Shown here piece by piece: positions 1-15,100 of a stretch of DNA of 64,000 nt. Both the position numbers and the translations under genes were made by a program. Origin of the DNA: Hydrolagus colliei (taxonomy: Eukaryota); assembly GCA_035084275.1 (NCBI GenBank), contig CM068750.1:5146001-5210000 (forward strand), given 5' to 3'. The notes below the pieces were generated by a model. It saw nothing but the letters and a program-made list of their open reading frames with translations, was not told where the DNA came from and did not search any database. Within the stretch, counting starts at the first letter, position 1. Each line of letters starts with the position of its first letter.

Positions 1-828
1 ATTCGAACCAAAGCATTCATGGATAAATAGAGAAAGAAATAGACTGTTTTGGCTGATTCAGTAACAAAGAGGATTGAATATCCTCTATGGGTGTTGAAGT
101 TTATTTTTGTATCAAAGATTTTCAACTGTAGTGTTCAAATAATTATATTCCAAGTTCAAAAGCTGCAAAGTAGGGATTTCAAACTAGTGTTTGAAATTAA
201 CTTGAAGTGTAAGATGTGTGCTTGTTGTATATTGAACATGATTCATTGGATCAACCACCATAGTCTGCTGCAGTGCAGTCCATTGCTACCGTGTTGTGGG
301 TAAAGACTTTGGTGTACGATGGCTTAAGGTTCAAATCTGGAATAGCTGTAGAAATGAATTAAGCACTCGGTTCTTTTTGTCTGTTGTGGATTCAGAGGCG
401 CGGTTACGTGCAAGTGTAAAATCTCAACCCAAAGAAATGGTATTGACCTTTTGGTAGCGGGATTAGGGAGGAGAAAACCTTGTACATGCGGCTGCCTGAT
501 TATGAGAGCTTAATTCAAGCGTGGATGATGTCAATGGATTTTCAGCCTGACCATGTGACGCAGCAGGAACTCTCTCAAGTGGTTCTCACAGATGGTGCTT
601 TTAGAAGCAGCTGATTTGCTAAGTGAGGAAATATAACAAGGGAGAAGCCTTTCAAATCGCTTTGAAATATTCTGAAATACTTTTACCACCGATTACAGTA
701 ACATTTCAAATTCCTAAGTGTAATTTCCGCCAGCTTCTTGACATAAAACTCTGCTAGTTTTTGTTTTACTGACCTGATTTTGATTTCTTACATATTTCTG
801 TTTATGTAATGGACTGGCTCAATATATA

Positions 829-1125
829 TGGGGTCCTGAAGCTCAATGGCTAGAGCACTCACATCGAAACGAGAGACCTGGGTTTGATTCCCGGCAGGGT
901 GAAATCTTGGGCAAGTTTCCTTACTCCCTAAATCTGATCATTCCTAAATCTGATAATTCCCCAAGAAAAGAAAAAATCCACAACTGTTTGTGGAACACTG
1001 TTGTGTGCAATTGGCTGCTGGGATTCGCCCACAAACGGTCAGTTCACTTTATAGTATATTTTGTGAAGCGCTGTGAGACGTATTGAAGACGTGAAAAGCG
1101 CTACATCAGATGCAAGGGTTATTGT
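829..1125 (+). mobile_element. Young ~300-nt tRNA-derived SINE, full length (family A)
   Basis: tRNA-like head (gctcaatggctagagc ... ggtttgattcc), gggcaagtttccttactcc, tail gtgaagcgc...gaaaagcgctac/tatc..atgcaagg(att)n shared with more than 15 copies in the window. Confidence 0.9.
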
Positions 1126-2885
1126 ATATAAATGAATGCCTAAAGAATAAATTTGAGCTAAGTGATAATAATCTGTATTGCCAAGAATTTTCATATTTCA
1201 GTGTTGCATTGATTGAAATCAGGGTTTGTTTTTTGCAGAATAAATAATGTGAAAATGGCTTTGTGCTTGAAACCGTTGTAGTTCATTTTTAATTTTATTC
1301 ATTAAAATTAAATATGAAATGTGTATCTTTCCATCTGTGATTGTATTATCGCTAATTTTGCATTCAGTTTATTTTAAAGAATAGGTATGGTTTCTTGGTT
1401 AGATATCTGTTTTGTTCCGGAACTGACTTTTTTTTGTCCTTACACTTTAAACATCTGACAGTCTTCATCCTTGTTCATACACTACTTTACATTTAAATTG
1501 CGTCGTCAGAATAAACATTGTTCTCTTAGCAACAGAAGGACAAAGGGTGTAAAATCCAACTGAGCAGAAGACACTATCCTATATTTCTGCGGGCTGTAAT
1601 ACTAGTGGGAAAATGTGTGTTTTGCACCTGCTGCTACCAGTTTATGTTGAGTGCTCTCTGCTTTGTTAGCCTGAATAATGCCTCTCTCTGCACAAGATGT
1701 GAGATTAACAGCCCATACTGTTGGTGCAAAATTTCACCCCCACAGCATAAATCAAGCTGTATTCACCCTGCTTGTTAACACTACCTCAAATGTCTTATTG
1801 AAGAGAGAATCTATATTTTGAATTAGTAATTTATTTGCCAAAGTAAGCCTCTATTATTTTATTTCTTTATAATATATATATAGGTATTGTATACAATATA
1901 CAGGTGTTTCTGAGCAATTGAAACCATGTCGTTTGTCACAGTTGTGACTCTGATAACCAATTAGAACAACCTGTCCAGGGAACAGGAATAGAAAATTGCT
2001 CCAGATAACCGAGTATCACAGCAAACTGCAAAGGAAAAATTTCTGAATGTGTCTCCTCTGTGGAAAAGGGTTCAGAGGTGACCAGTGTTGAGTTACCCAA
2101 AGGTGCAGCAAGATTAAACCTGCTGGAATTAAGCAATAGATTTTGCTAACATTTGTACAGCACGTGCAGTAATTCAGGATGTACAGTAATTCAAGACACA
2201 ATGAGCATTGCTCACTGTTGTGTAATCTAATGTACCCAGTGAAACTGGGGTTGTGTGACTTGACAATGTTAGCTGATGTGCAAAAGAACTATTAATTCAC
2301 AAGATATAGACCGTTTGTGTGGTCTTCCCCTTGGTTGCTTCCAAAATCACTGTCATTTCTGTTGGTATGTGCAAGTTTGAGAAGATGAAAGAAAAACCAA
2401 ATAGCTTTGCTTCCCAGCGCGCCTTATTATTAGCCTTAAAGCCAAGATTAGATACAAAAAGATTGTTGAGTCTCAATTGTCTTAACTGGTATTTGTGGGT
2501 TTCTTATCGTTAGGCTGTAGATTATTGAAATACTAGAAAGAATGCTGAAACATTGTGTTTCTTGGTAGGAGTCCTGTTGTGGTTGTATTAGCATGTTGTA
2601 TTTGCATCGTAATCCGGCTTCATCTCAATGTATTACAACTAATATAAAGCACCAGTGACAAAGGAAAGAAATATTACCTCCTGTGAAAACTTGCAGTATT
2701 ACAAAATATAACATTCCCCATTCCCACCATGAGAATCAATTTTCCTGACTATTGAATACAAATAATTTTTGTTGCAAGGTGAAAATACTGCACAGGCAGA
2801 ATCAATTGAGATGTTTAAAGAGGAGCTAGATAAGAATAGTACTGTTGATAGGGAGAAAAATCAAAGAAATTAGTACCTACCATGA

Positions 2886-3323
<438 letters not shown>

Positions 3324-4549
3324 TAGGAGCATGTTGGCTTTGCACTCATGCTTAATTGCTAGTGATTTGGCATCTGTCTGGCTTATTTATCTTAAATTTT
3401 TTTCAATCTTATTTATAATTTCTAGATCTTCCTTATGTCATTCACGACCTTCAGGTGCTTTCAACCAGACATCAAGGCATCCCACAAACTGTTTTAAATC
3501 TTCATCTAATGAGATCTTCAAAATGACAGCCTCAGTTTTGTCAAAAGGGAGACTGCCATGGGAGCATGTGCTTTCTGTTTTTTATAAAAAAGGAAATTTC
3601 GGATTTGTCAGTTGGATGCCTGCCCAAGAAATTAGGGAATAAATGCAAGTTATTTAGATTGATTGGCTTTGACAAAATTTGCTTTGTAATGCATTTAAGG
3701 TTTGGAATCCCAATAATGATTCATAATAAATATTCTTTGAACTTTTCAGAGGTCAACCAGGCAAATTTGGTTGCACTCAAATCAATCCCACTGTGAGCGT
3801 ATTGTGTGATAGAAACATTGCTCAATGGCCAAGTCACTGAAGATGAAATGGGACTTCAGAAATCATTTACTAAATACCTATCTTGAGAAGAACATTCACA
3901 GCCAGTTAAGAGATTGATTATTGGAGAAACCTGTTCTTGGGCCACAATAACCATGTGCTTAGGTGAATAAAGGGGTAGCTGCAATAAGTACACTGTAGAC
4001 TTATTAGCTTCTGTAATGTTGCCTAAACTCTGGTCTTTGCTGCCACCACAAGACACAGCCAAGATAGGTAACCTGCTATATTGGGAATGCTGGATGTCAT
4101 CCAACATCCTAGCACAACGACAAATTATATTTGTATAGTGCCTTTCAAGTAGGAAGGACATCCCAAGGCACCCGACCAAAATAGTCTGATGTTCTGTACG
4201 ATTCTGAATTAGCGTGACTTGTTTAAATTCCATTTCCTTTTTCCCAGGGGCTTAATAGTAGTTGGAATTTTTTTTCTTGAAGCTCAATTCCGATCAATTC
4301 TGGATGAATTGAACCAGAATATAGGATTTAACATTTGCCATACCGGGCATGAACATCTTTTTTGTTTGTTGACAAAAGACAAATGATATTGCATTTCCTT
4401 GTTTATCAAAAAATAAGATTAAGGCCCTCTTGCAGTTCAACTGGAAGTTGAATATTTGGATGAGTTCTCAGATGTCATTTAAATACCACCAATACCTTCT
4501 AGAGAGTGATTACCTCTGATCAGTAATTCCTAGTTGAGTCCTTTTATTA

Positions 4550-4808
4550 TAATAATAATAATCCTTGCATTTAATATAGTGCATTTCACATCTTCTTGAT
4601 GTCTCAAAGCGCTTCACAAAATATACTGTAAAGTGAATTGACTGTATATATGTGGCACAGCGGTTGTGACATCTGTTTTTATGGATTATTATTAGGTGTG
4701 TGGAGTAAGGAAATGTGCACAAGGCTGTGGTAATCTGCTGTTTCCCTGCCTGGAATTGAACCCAGGTCTCTTGCTTGTAAGGCGAGTGCTCTAACCACTG
4801 AGCTATAG
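4550..4808 (-). mobile_element. Family A SINE, near full length
   Basis: Reverse complement of the family: (aat)n ccttgcattt...ggaattgaacccagg...ctaaccactgagcta. Confidence 0.9.
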
Positions 4809-6964
4809 CACATTTTGACATTAATTGTTGTCAAATGCAAGGATTATTTATTATTAAATACTTTCCTGCACTCACAACTGTCAACTGTGCTGGGCATGAG
4901 CATGATTATAAGGTTGTACCCAACCGAGTGAATCCAAACACATTATCAGTGACTATTTATTCAATGCAACATATAATTAAATCCTAAATCTAAGCAGACA
5001 TCCAATGTTTTTCCCTCAATTGCACTTTTATTTTGTAGCAGGTTTTTTTAGCAACTATTTCAATTAAATACATTGAAATTTAGTTTCAAGACTTTACAAT
5101 TATTGTGTCTTAGTAGCTCAAAGCATTAACATTGAACATAATAACAATCAACTTCCTCCCCTGCTCTCCACCCCTCCTAACCCCAACTCCCAGCTCAGGT
5201 CCAAAACCCCTGATTGTTCAGCACACTGGGACATCTTTCCGATATGAAGGGTGCTTTACAAATGTAATTTGTTGTTGTTGACAAGTGATGTAGTTATACT
5301 GTAGTTATGCAAGAATATGGCTGTGGTAGTCTGCTGTTTCAGATACAATTTTTATCTAATATCACTCGCTCTGTTTTTCATCACCATTTCTGAATCTTTC
5401 TTCACACTTAATGACTTTTTGCATTGACTGTTTTATCCTGAATTAGCTTCAATGTCTGGATATGACCTTGGATTCTCTTAAGATCCTGGCTTCTGAACAG
5501 GAGCTTAACTGGTGTTCAGAATGGTGTCTGAATACAGATTTCCTGAGATTAACCTTTTGTAGCTTAGGTCACAGATAATCATCAGGTCATAACATGGCGG
5601 CTTCATGTTGTGGAATTTAAAATATAAAAATGGTATTGAACCCTGGGGATTGAGATAGGTAAAGGTTGAGTTATGGAAATGATGATGGTAGATCATGCAT
5701 CTATGATTAGTTTCAGGAGATTCCTTGCACATTCGAAAGACCAATTGACAGGATGTGAATTGGGACATTATAAAAATCCAATGTTCAAGTTTATCTGAAT
5801 ATTTGATCCCAACATGTTGTGGAAGATCTGAGCCGAAGTTAGTGGGAAGAAACAAATCACTTGGAACTGTCTGAACACTGTTACTAGAGAGCAATTACTT
5901 TGTGTCCCATTCATATAATTTTATCAGTCTGTAATATGTTATTCTGTTAAAAACAGATTTGATGTTTGTGAAAATCTGAATCTTGATGGATTGAAGTAAC
6001 AATAATTTGAGAGAAGATTTGTAGAGTCTCAATCCATTGCGATTCTTTGCTTCAATTTTAGTTAAATATACAGGATGATCTATTATTGTATTTGGATGTA
6101 ATTGAAAATGATTGCTTGATTAGAGAATACTGTACAATGCAGCGTTTCACTTGAAGCTGTTTTCTGGGAACTTCATTACTCCAGAACTAGATTATAGGAT
6201 GTTTTTTAAATCAGTAAGTGTTACGGAACTGAAAAGAGAATAAATCTTGCTTATCTTTGACCCTTTATACCCACTCTTAATCTTTGTATTGATACTGAAG
6301 GGTAAGCAAAATGAAATTTGCTTTCAAAGTAAAAAATCCCCGGGGAGTTGGAGTCATAAGACCAGGATTTCATGTGGAATTGACTTTACTGGAAATACTT
6401 GATCTGATTTGGTTGGACTGTGTGGTTAATCCGTTTTTGCCTCAGTCGTGGTGAAAGGGTGACTTTGTGCCAACACGGGTAGAAATTTAAGCCCAGTTGT
6501 GAATGGCGAGAGGCAATTCAATATTGAGGGCTAAAAATGATCCATACTCTTCCTATTCAAGAATCTTTTTTTTTATGCATGTCTCACTTTGAAGGACATG
6601 ATAAATTTTAGACTGGGTAAAAAGCAATGACATTAAAGAGTTTGTTAGATTACTTTTTCTTCCTAGATTTTATTTTCTATCAACCTTGTTTTTCTTTAAG
6701 ACATTTAAATGTCCACCAATATAATTGGAATGGGTAATGAAACATAAAAAGTGAAATCCTTGCAAAAAATCAACAATCTAAAATTAAATCAAAATCTAGC
6801 TGATTTAGCAACCCAGGGGAAATGACATACAGTATTTCTCCCATCACTGACAACCAAATATATGCTCGTTCTCATACGCAGTTGCAACCTTGGCATTCTT
6901 CTCCATAGGGAGTAGAGATGTGAAGTGTAAAAGAGGCCAGAATTACAATAAAACAGTTTGGTGA

Positions 6965-7195
6965 ATGAAATATAATAACGAGAATAGATCATTCAGCCAT
7001 CAAGCTTGTTGTAGCATTATATAGATCTTTTAATTTCATCTCTGCCCTTTCTTGATATCCCTTAATCTATTTTTGCCATTAGCCTCCCAAGTGCAGTGTA
7101 TCTATCGTATTTCCATTTTTAAAAAAAGTCACAATCGATTCTGTATCTGGTGCTTTCTGGGGTGGTGAGTTCCAAATTCTCATAATCCTTTCTTG
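6965..7195 (-). mobile_element. Degenerate CR1 3' end (a similar + strand remnant lies at about 2795-2932)
   Basis: gatcattcagccatcaagcttg...atcccttaat...ggtggtgagttccaaattctcataatccttt resembles a reverse-complemented CR1 terminus. Confidence 0.5.
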
Positions 7196-7385
7196 TTAAT
7201 CAGATTTTTTTTTAAATTAAAATAACCACCACAAAAGGGAAGAGAAAACAAATTGAATAAAAAAATAAGGTGAGCAAGATGAGAAAGATAAATGAGAAAG
7301 CTGTAACCTCAAATAGTTTGAAGCAAGGTTTTTAAATAATAATAATCATCATTGCATTGACGATACTATGTTTTTTTTATTATAG

Positions 7386-7711
7386 GTGGAAGGATCTGTT
7401 CTTTCTCTCCCTGCATTGAACAAGTGCAGCGAACGTGCCTGGCTATGACTGAGAATGGCTTTGTAGGTATCGATACATTAGAAATTCTTCTCCGCATGTA
7501 CGACGTCAGGACTATCAACCTCCAGCAACCTGACCTTGGTGCAGAGGATAAAAATAACCAGGACACACCAGCTGAGGCCAGAAACCAATCGAAGGCAGAG
7601 AGCTATACTGATTCACAGCAGAACACCACTCAGTTTAAAAGTGATGCACCTCTGAGAGAGATGGCGGGTCACACTGGGTACTTGACCTTTGCAACTAAAT
7701 GTTTATCATAG
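7386..7711 (+). CDS. TRMT61A: TRMT61A last coding exon, ending in TAG
   Basis: T-rich acceptor tatag|GT; GGRICSFSPCIEQVQRTC...GHTGYLTFATKCLS*, with the Gcd14-family SFSPCIEQV and HTGYLTFA motifs; phase matches the preceding exon. Confidence 0.96.
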
Positions 7712-8052
7712 GCAGTGAGACGTGCAACAACCTTCTTTCTTGAAAGAATAGCTATAATCTGGAATCAAATGCCACAGATAATTGCATCTGTGAAGGTTGT
7801 GTAAATGCGTACAGTATGACAAGAATGGTGGCAGAGAACAAATGCAAAACATTTTTTTGCCCTGTTCTTGCAGAAATTACACACTGTTGTGGGAGCAAAA
7901 TAATGGAATTGTATCTGGAACCAACAAATGGGCTGTTAATGGAATGAGTTTGTGGGCCTCATACTACTTACAAATTCCATGTAGGCGTACTGTGTTGAGA
8001 TTTCATTTCTTTTGTTCATTTTAAGGCTTTTTGTTTCCAATTGATTTTTTTT

Positions 8053-8058
8053 ATTAAA
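8053..8058 (+). terminator. Candidate TRMT61A polyadenylation signal (ATTAAA)
   Basis: ATTAAA about 340 nt after the stop, preceded by a U-tract and followed about 20 nt later by GU-rich ttgtgctgtttgtt. Confidence 0.45.
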
Positions 8059-11000
8059 CTATATTTACTAAGAAAATTGTGCTGTTTGTTTACATCATCT
8101 ACAACAATGCTTGAAACATTCTGAAACTTGCATTTCAGCTTGTTTTAACTGATACACCCATTCACTTACCAATAGAGTAACATACATGACTAAACCCAAA
8201 GACTTGGCTGCAATAGAGAGATTGGTGGGAGATGTATTTGGAGATGTTTCTATTTTCTTTATAAATAATTTACGTCAGTGAAATAGCTTTTAGTAAAAGT
8301 AGGGACACTCTGACCGCAGTGTTTAGTCCAAGGAGCCAACTGAAACAAAAAATTCACTTTAAGTTAGATTTAGTCTGTGGTCTGGTTTCACATGTAAATA
8401 AAGTAAAATTAACTTCATCCTCCAAACGAACCTCATCCTCAAAACCACTGCCTAGAAAATGTTTGCATTTTTCAGTGTTTGCCAAATACTGAATTATGAC
8501 GCTTCTTTCATTTTGTCTGAAATGTATGAAACAACTCGAAATGCCTTGACAACTTCCCTCTTAGGGTTCTAAGGAGGAAACTAACTTTCTGAATACACCT
8601 GCAAATCTGAAGAACAGACACAACCCTTTTGTTAGTAAGGAATTAATTAAAAATCAAATTGAGTTTGATGAGCTTACCTGTACTAACTGATATTGCACAC
8701 AAATAGAAGCTATTTTGTCCACATTCAATTTTTTTTTACCCATCGTAGTTTGAGTGCTGTAGATTAAGCCAGAAACAGAATCATCATTTCAATTGGCATA
8801 TTTTGTTAATAGACATAGGATCCTTGCAATTGTGCAGTGTGTTAATCATGATAATTTAGAGTGAACTCACAAATTGCAATAGCAAAAAATAGTGATGAGA
8901 GGATTACAGTCGGAAACCAATTCTGCCAACCTGAGGCCTGATGCTTCGTAGTTGATCCACTTTAATCAGTTATGTAATTATTCTTCAAAGCCATGTTTAC
9001 TGTACTGGTTTCTCATACAACAAGATGTGATTTTTCATGCAGCGGAATGCAAGTGAATGTATTTTAATTCAGATTTACTAATCTGTGAAGTTGCTTGACT
9101 GGAGTTTTATTCAAAAACTGTTGATTCTTATATTGTTTTTTATTACATGTGAGGGTATTAGATGGATCGATTGATTAATTTGTTATATTTGCTCGGTGAA
9201 TCTTCTGTCCATTCCAAACATTGTGCAAAGGAAGAAGTTAATGGGTCAATATGTCCCCAATAATAACTTTGCTCTTTGTTGCTGTTAATCAGCCATGCAA
9301 TCTTTCTCTATATGCAGTACATGGACTATGCCTCACCCCACCCCAATACTCTTTCAATCAGCCACAATTCTTATGAGGAACATTTCTCAACTTAGCTCAT
9401 GGCTATAATTTTTTTTCTTATCAAACATTTTACTTCATGTGGGTCTAAAAAAGCTTTTAGAGTTATGTTACAACCAGAATATAATTTAACTTTTTAACTT
9501 AAATTTGTCTGCTATTTTGACGGTCCATGTTAAATTTATAAAAAGAACTTTTGGCTCAAAAATCCTTCCCACCTTGACTAAGATTCATGATTCGGAGAGG
9601 AGCACTAATTGAGACTTCAGACAGTGCAGTTGTCCCTTTTAAGCAAATGGTCTGGTTATGCTAGGAACTAGCCAAGTGATAAATTAATATCCCCAGGCAA
9701 TAAATAAGAAATGCAGCTTGCAGTTCACAGTTCTAATATCACTGAAATTGAATTTCTTAATGTCACAAGAGGGTCATTCTAAACAAAATATCTGCTCCCA
9801 GGCAACCAGCACCAACATGATGGAACATAAAATCCCAAATGGTAAGAAAAGGTTTTTTTTTAAACTTGTCATCAAACTCGTGTAAATGAACCCTTGACAT
9901 AAATAACTCGTTAAATAATGTTTGTATATTGAACGTATAAATCCAATTGGTTATTTTCTGTTACCCTAACTTAGTTGTACAGTACTAGTCTCTTGTTAAA
10001 AGGGTTATATTCTTCTGCTTACAGCTTATTTATCCTGTGAGCTAGTTTATAGCATCCTGGAGACACTGGTTTTGCAGACCTCTGCCTTACAGCTCAAGCA
10101 GAATGAATTGGTTTCAATACCACGTTTGCTCCTTGTAAGACTTTGCTCAACATGACCCTGCTTTTCTTATCATAAATTTTGCTGGTTGGCATGCCTACTT
10201 TCGTGTTTGGTTTACAAAAACCAGGGTTGCTGCCAATGGTTGTTTGGAAAAGTTAATGTTTTATCTTTCAATCCTTGTGAACAATTACTCACTAATACCC
10301 CAGTGATCTGCTTTCCTGACAGAACGCCAGAACAATCCAAAATTTCCGAGTTGTGAGATTTCTCAGCGACTTTGTTACTATTGCTCAAAATTCCAGTTTA
10401 CATATTGGTGTGTTTTGCGGCAGAATTGATTATTGTTTAATTAATTTGGTACATGGCTTGATCTTCCCTAAGCAGGATGTTTGTTATCAGTATGCAACAG
10501 CTAATGTAAATAAGGAATATGTAACCCAGAGGTTTATTGAAATAATTTTGCATTTATAGAATATGTGCAGCTGCGTTAAAAAGCACATGAAAACAAAGCA
10601 ACAGAATCTGTAGGTGCATTTTCATGAGGTCACAAACCAATCAGCACTGGTTGGTGTAAGCCTCTTTGTACAAATAAAAAATTAAATGTAAATTCATAAC
10701 TTTACTGTACAGGATTATGGAGCATCTATCCTTGAGTTTGCATCCTCCGCCACGTCGTGTTTTATCATGGGAACTTTACCATAGTATCCCTCAGCCGTCA
10801 ATTCAGCTGATGGATAGATTAGAAAAAAATTCATATCTTCCATAATGTCAGGTAAAGAATTAAAAGCACACCATCAAGGTCAGTTGGTAATAATTGACAC
10901 TCATTCAATGCTCTCTTTCTCTGGTAAGTCAATGCTAATGGAACATGAAATAATAATTTTGAGCAACTATAAGCAATTTTTTTTTATATCAGACATACAC

Positions 11001-11865
11001 AATCTTGTGATTACTTCAGTGTAAACACAAGATAATTTTATTGTGAAGGTCACTCATAAAATCAATCAATATCCTTGGAATGATTCCCTTTCTGTGTTGA
11101 TATTGGGGGATAAAAAAAGGTACGTTTTAATCCCTAAAACTCATCCTTAATGTTATAATTTTGCAACATTTACATTTATTGCACTTTTAAGTTTTAAGAT
11201 TTTAGATACACAGCACAGTGAATCCACCCACCGATGATCAGTCTTGATAAATAATTCCCATCTTCCACCAGAAGGAATACTAGCTTTGTAAAACGAACAG
11301 TGTCATGGTCAGCACTCTTGGAGATATATCATATCTTTGGAGGAAATGGAAAAATAATATTTTGCCCACAGCTCTAATCATTAAGTGCAGAGTGGTAGAG
11401 TTATTGATTAATGTGTGGGAGGTAGGAACTTGTCCACTACCACTGAGCTGAAGAAGGATGCATGGAAGTGTTCAGTCACAAGGGGAAACGAGAGAGAGCA
11501 ATGAATTGATTTGCATTGTGAACATATTGTTTAGCTCCATTTTGGTATATTGGTTGACAAAAAGGCTCAAGGATTGCTTTAGTTATTCATTATTTTTTAT
11601 TCATCCCTTTAGTGATATCCACAAGAGATTTTACCTTTTGTTTATTGCAACATAAATACTGTAATCCAAATTATCTCTCTGTTTTGGTACTTTTGGTACT
11701 TTTCTTGACTGCATGACCTGGTAAAGGAAACCAAAACCTACAAGGCTGTGCATTAGCTGAAATTCTATTTCAAAGTACAGGTAATAGTATTTAAAAATAG
11801 AAATCGGCCTTTTGTATAATTTAGATACCATTTCTAAACCCCTAGGTTTGAGTAGTCCCAAATGT

Positions 11866-12140
11866 TATTCATTGCATTTGATATCGCACTTTTCATGTTG
11901 GGAGGATGTCTCAAAATGTTTCACAAAATGAATTTTGTAGACAAACCTAGCAGCAGATTGTGCACACAGCAATTTTCCTCAAACATACACAAGGTGAATG
12001 ACTAATTTTATCTGGGGGATTATTGACCAGGACACAGGGAAAATCTCCCTTCTGTTTTCAAGTAGTGCCTTGGAATCTTTTAGCGTCCATACGAACAGGC
12101 AGATGGCACCTTGGTTTAATGTCTTTGCCAAGGGATGAGA
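11866..12140 (-). mobile_element. Older Deu-domain SINE (DeuSINE/SacSINE1-like)
   Basis: caggacacaggg...tagtgccttggaatctttt..cgtcca...ggcagatggcaccttggtttaatgtc resembles the reverse-complemented Deu core as recalled; joined to the same L2-like tail. Confidence 0.7.
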
Positions 12141-15100
12141 AATGTTACCTTGTTAATGAATAATACCAAACAAACCATATATTTGTAAGTGGACTGGTTG
12201 GGGAGGAGAAGAAGAGAAAAGATTATTGTAAGTATTGAGAATAAATATAAATGCAGCATGAAAAATTTGAATTTTTCACTTTGCAGTATGGTCTGTGAAG
12301 CGTTCTGAGATGTCTTGAAGACTTGATAAGGCGCTATAACACACGCAAGGATTATTAAAAATTGATGAGTCATCTGTATATTTTACATTGAGAATCATGT
12401 AATTAATGCACTGGTAGTAGGATGAATATTCTTAAAGGCGTATAACCTTCATGAAGGGTAGTCGGGCAAACACATTTTTCATCTGTTTGCAGCTACAAAG
12501 GTAATGCTGTAAGTCGCCTGCTGTGTCATGGTGATAAGAATGATTCGGTGTGTTCCTGATTCTTCTCCCACTCTGATCTTAAAACAAAGGTTGGTCAAAC
12601 AAGTTTACAGCAAATTAGTATTCTTCAGTATTGCTTGTCAAAAGTTCAAGTGTCTGTTGAGTAATGTTAGGCATAACACATATTGTATACTTATCTAATT
12701 GTACCCTTGGTATTTTTAACTCTGGTGCAGAAATAATCCTCTAGACTACTATATTTCCGTCAGTTAGAATATTACATGCCCTATCTAAACATAACTCGGT
12801 CATATCATTTTGAGTTTCATTTCATAAATCTGGTAAATTGCATGTGATATGTTTCTCTGCCCATTCTTTAATTTTTGTGTTTCCTCTCTGCCTCACTCTG
12901 TCATAATCTATCCCATTTGTTTCCACCTTAGCTGTTGTTCATTACCACACATCTCATTTGAAGTGAAAAGCAAGGACAATTTGACCCACAGGCTTAGCCA
13001 AACCCAGTTTCAATGTCAACTAATGGAAGGTGTAACTCAAGCTTGGCACCGTTGGTTCCTTGCCTATGAATGCACAGCATTCTGTTCAACAGCTCAATTA
13101 AATACAAATAATTCCGAAAGCACAAACCAGAAGTCTTAATTCCTCACATTCTTTATGGTTCTATTTTATAATTAAAAGGAATTAAGTTAACCACAACGGG
13201 GAAAACATTATTTTCTTGCAATGTGTTGTTTGGCATATGGAAGCTATGAAAACTTTGGCACACACTTTTGCTCCCCTAAATCATTTTTTGACTGGTTCGT
13301 CAAAAAAAGGATAAGACAATCATTGCAGAAGATCATTCTACCAAACCTTGTGAAACTGTAATCCAGTGCCAGTCACGTCCTGCAGTCCAGGAAAGGAGAC
13401 AATTAAAAAAAAAAACTCCCAATAACTATGTTTTGTTGTTGTCACTGACTAAAACTTGTTCCCTTCACTCTCAATGTGAGGCATTTGTTTTCTTCTTCCT
13501 TTAGACAATACAGAAAAAGCTAAATACGACATGCTTAAGGTAGAAAATCTTTTTTTAAACCAAGAGCAGATTGGAATCTCTTAAAATATGAATCAACATC
13601 TGTTCTAAGGTTACTTGAGCAAAGCAGTTTATAACTCCCATTTGGCAGTTAATCCTGGCAACTGAACTTTAGACATCACCACTCCGATAAAGCCATAAAT
13701 TTTGCAATATACGAATCCCTTCCTGTTTTGTAAATATTTAATATTTGATGTTACTTGCATTTTGTAATAAATTCAAGCCTGATTATTTGCACTCAATTCT
13801 TTTGTGATTAGAGTCCACTGCTTTGTTCTCCAAGTGTGGTACTAAACAGGAGTGTGACACTTCCCATGAGCAGCAGGATAATTATAAGGGCTTGATTCAC
13901 TTGCTCGAATTGAACCACTTTGTACAAGGGTTACCGATTCAAGGAGCTTAGGGAGATTGAAGCCCACATCTTGAGGGGGAAGGGGAATGATCCATCAGGG
14001 CCCTTAGCTGTGCAAAGTGAGGAAAAACATACAAAATAGACAGGAAAAAATAAATTGTGGTGAGTTTAAAATATGCCTGTGGTTGGTTTCAATCAGCTAT
14101 CAAAGGGTAGAATCTGATCAGAAACATACACACTCTTCCCCCTCCCCCATCTAGTCACGTGCACTTTTTTGTCACTACTTCAAGGTGAGATTGAAAATGG
14201 ATTACCTCTCTTACGTTTAGCTGTGCAATTTATATTTACTTTATGACAACCTAAAAATGGTACTCTTAAATATGCCACGCGAAAGTCAGAGTGATTACTT
14301 TCGTCCCAATGCCTCAATACTAAGCCATTGCTAAAATTACAATGTCATTTCTATATCTGCACAGGACAGCAAAACACTGCATTGGAAAGTGTTGCAAATG
14401 CATGATTCTGAGTTGACGGCAATTTGTTTAAAAATAATTTTTTCCTTGTATCATATACCACCAGTTTCCAGCACAAATCGGGGAGTTTAGGTGGCTCAGT
14501 ATAATTTGAGCCAACTAACCTTCCTCATAGGAAATATTTGAATAGGTAAACCTTCAATAAACAATCCCTGTGCTGACCAAGGACGAGAGTGCTTAAAGAA
14601 AGGCCTTTTGTAAACTTAAGTGTTGTTCCCACAATTATTTAAACATAAAATTACTTTTAAACATCTGATTCAAGATAGGTAGAATTATTGCAAATTAATC
14701 CCATGAATTGTGGGAGTCAATGCATATGATTATGCACTTAATTAAAGGAGTCGATTGGAGTGAACAATGTTTCCCATTTTCTAACTTCAGTGTCATTTCA
14801 AGCAATCAATCAACTGTAGCTAATAATGCGTAAATTGTTGCTCTCTCAATTGCCTTAACAAGGAAGATCTTTTGGACGTGTACAAACTAAACTGCTCTTT
14901 GGTAAACCTGCCATACATTGGCAAATAGAGGAGCTGCCCACTCATTTTTCTTTCCTGCTGTGGCGCAATTCGCTGCTGCGTTTCACCCACAAAATACACA
15001 GGAAATTTACTTTACTGTGTGTTCTGTTAAGTGCTTTGTCATCTCAGTGGCTTGATTCGGAGCTGATTATTCGTAGCAGTATTATTCTTAACAAAACCAG

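Noticed and set aside
4510-4821. Recurring short ORFs ending in ...KRFETSRR...YIKCKDYYY
   Set aside because: Translations of the SINE tail, not a protein family
5505-5894. 129-aa minus-strand ORF containing PQGSI
   Set aside because: Only faint resemblance to a LINE RT motif; at most a decayed retroelement, too weak to call
14487-14518. 12-bp imperfect hairpin ttaggtggctca / tgagccaactaa
   Set aside because: Short and mismatched; plausible by chance in 64 kb
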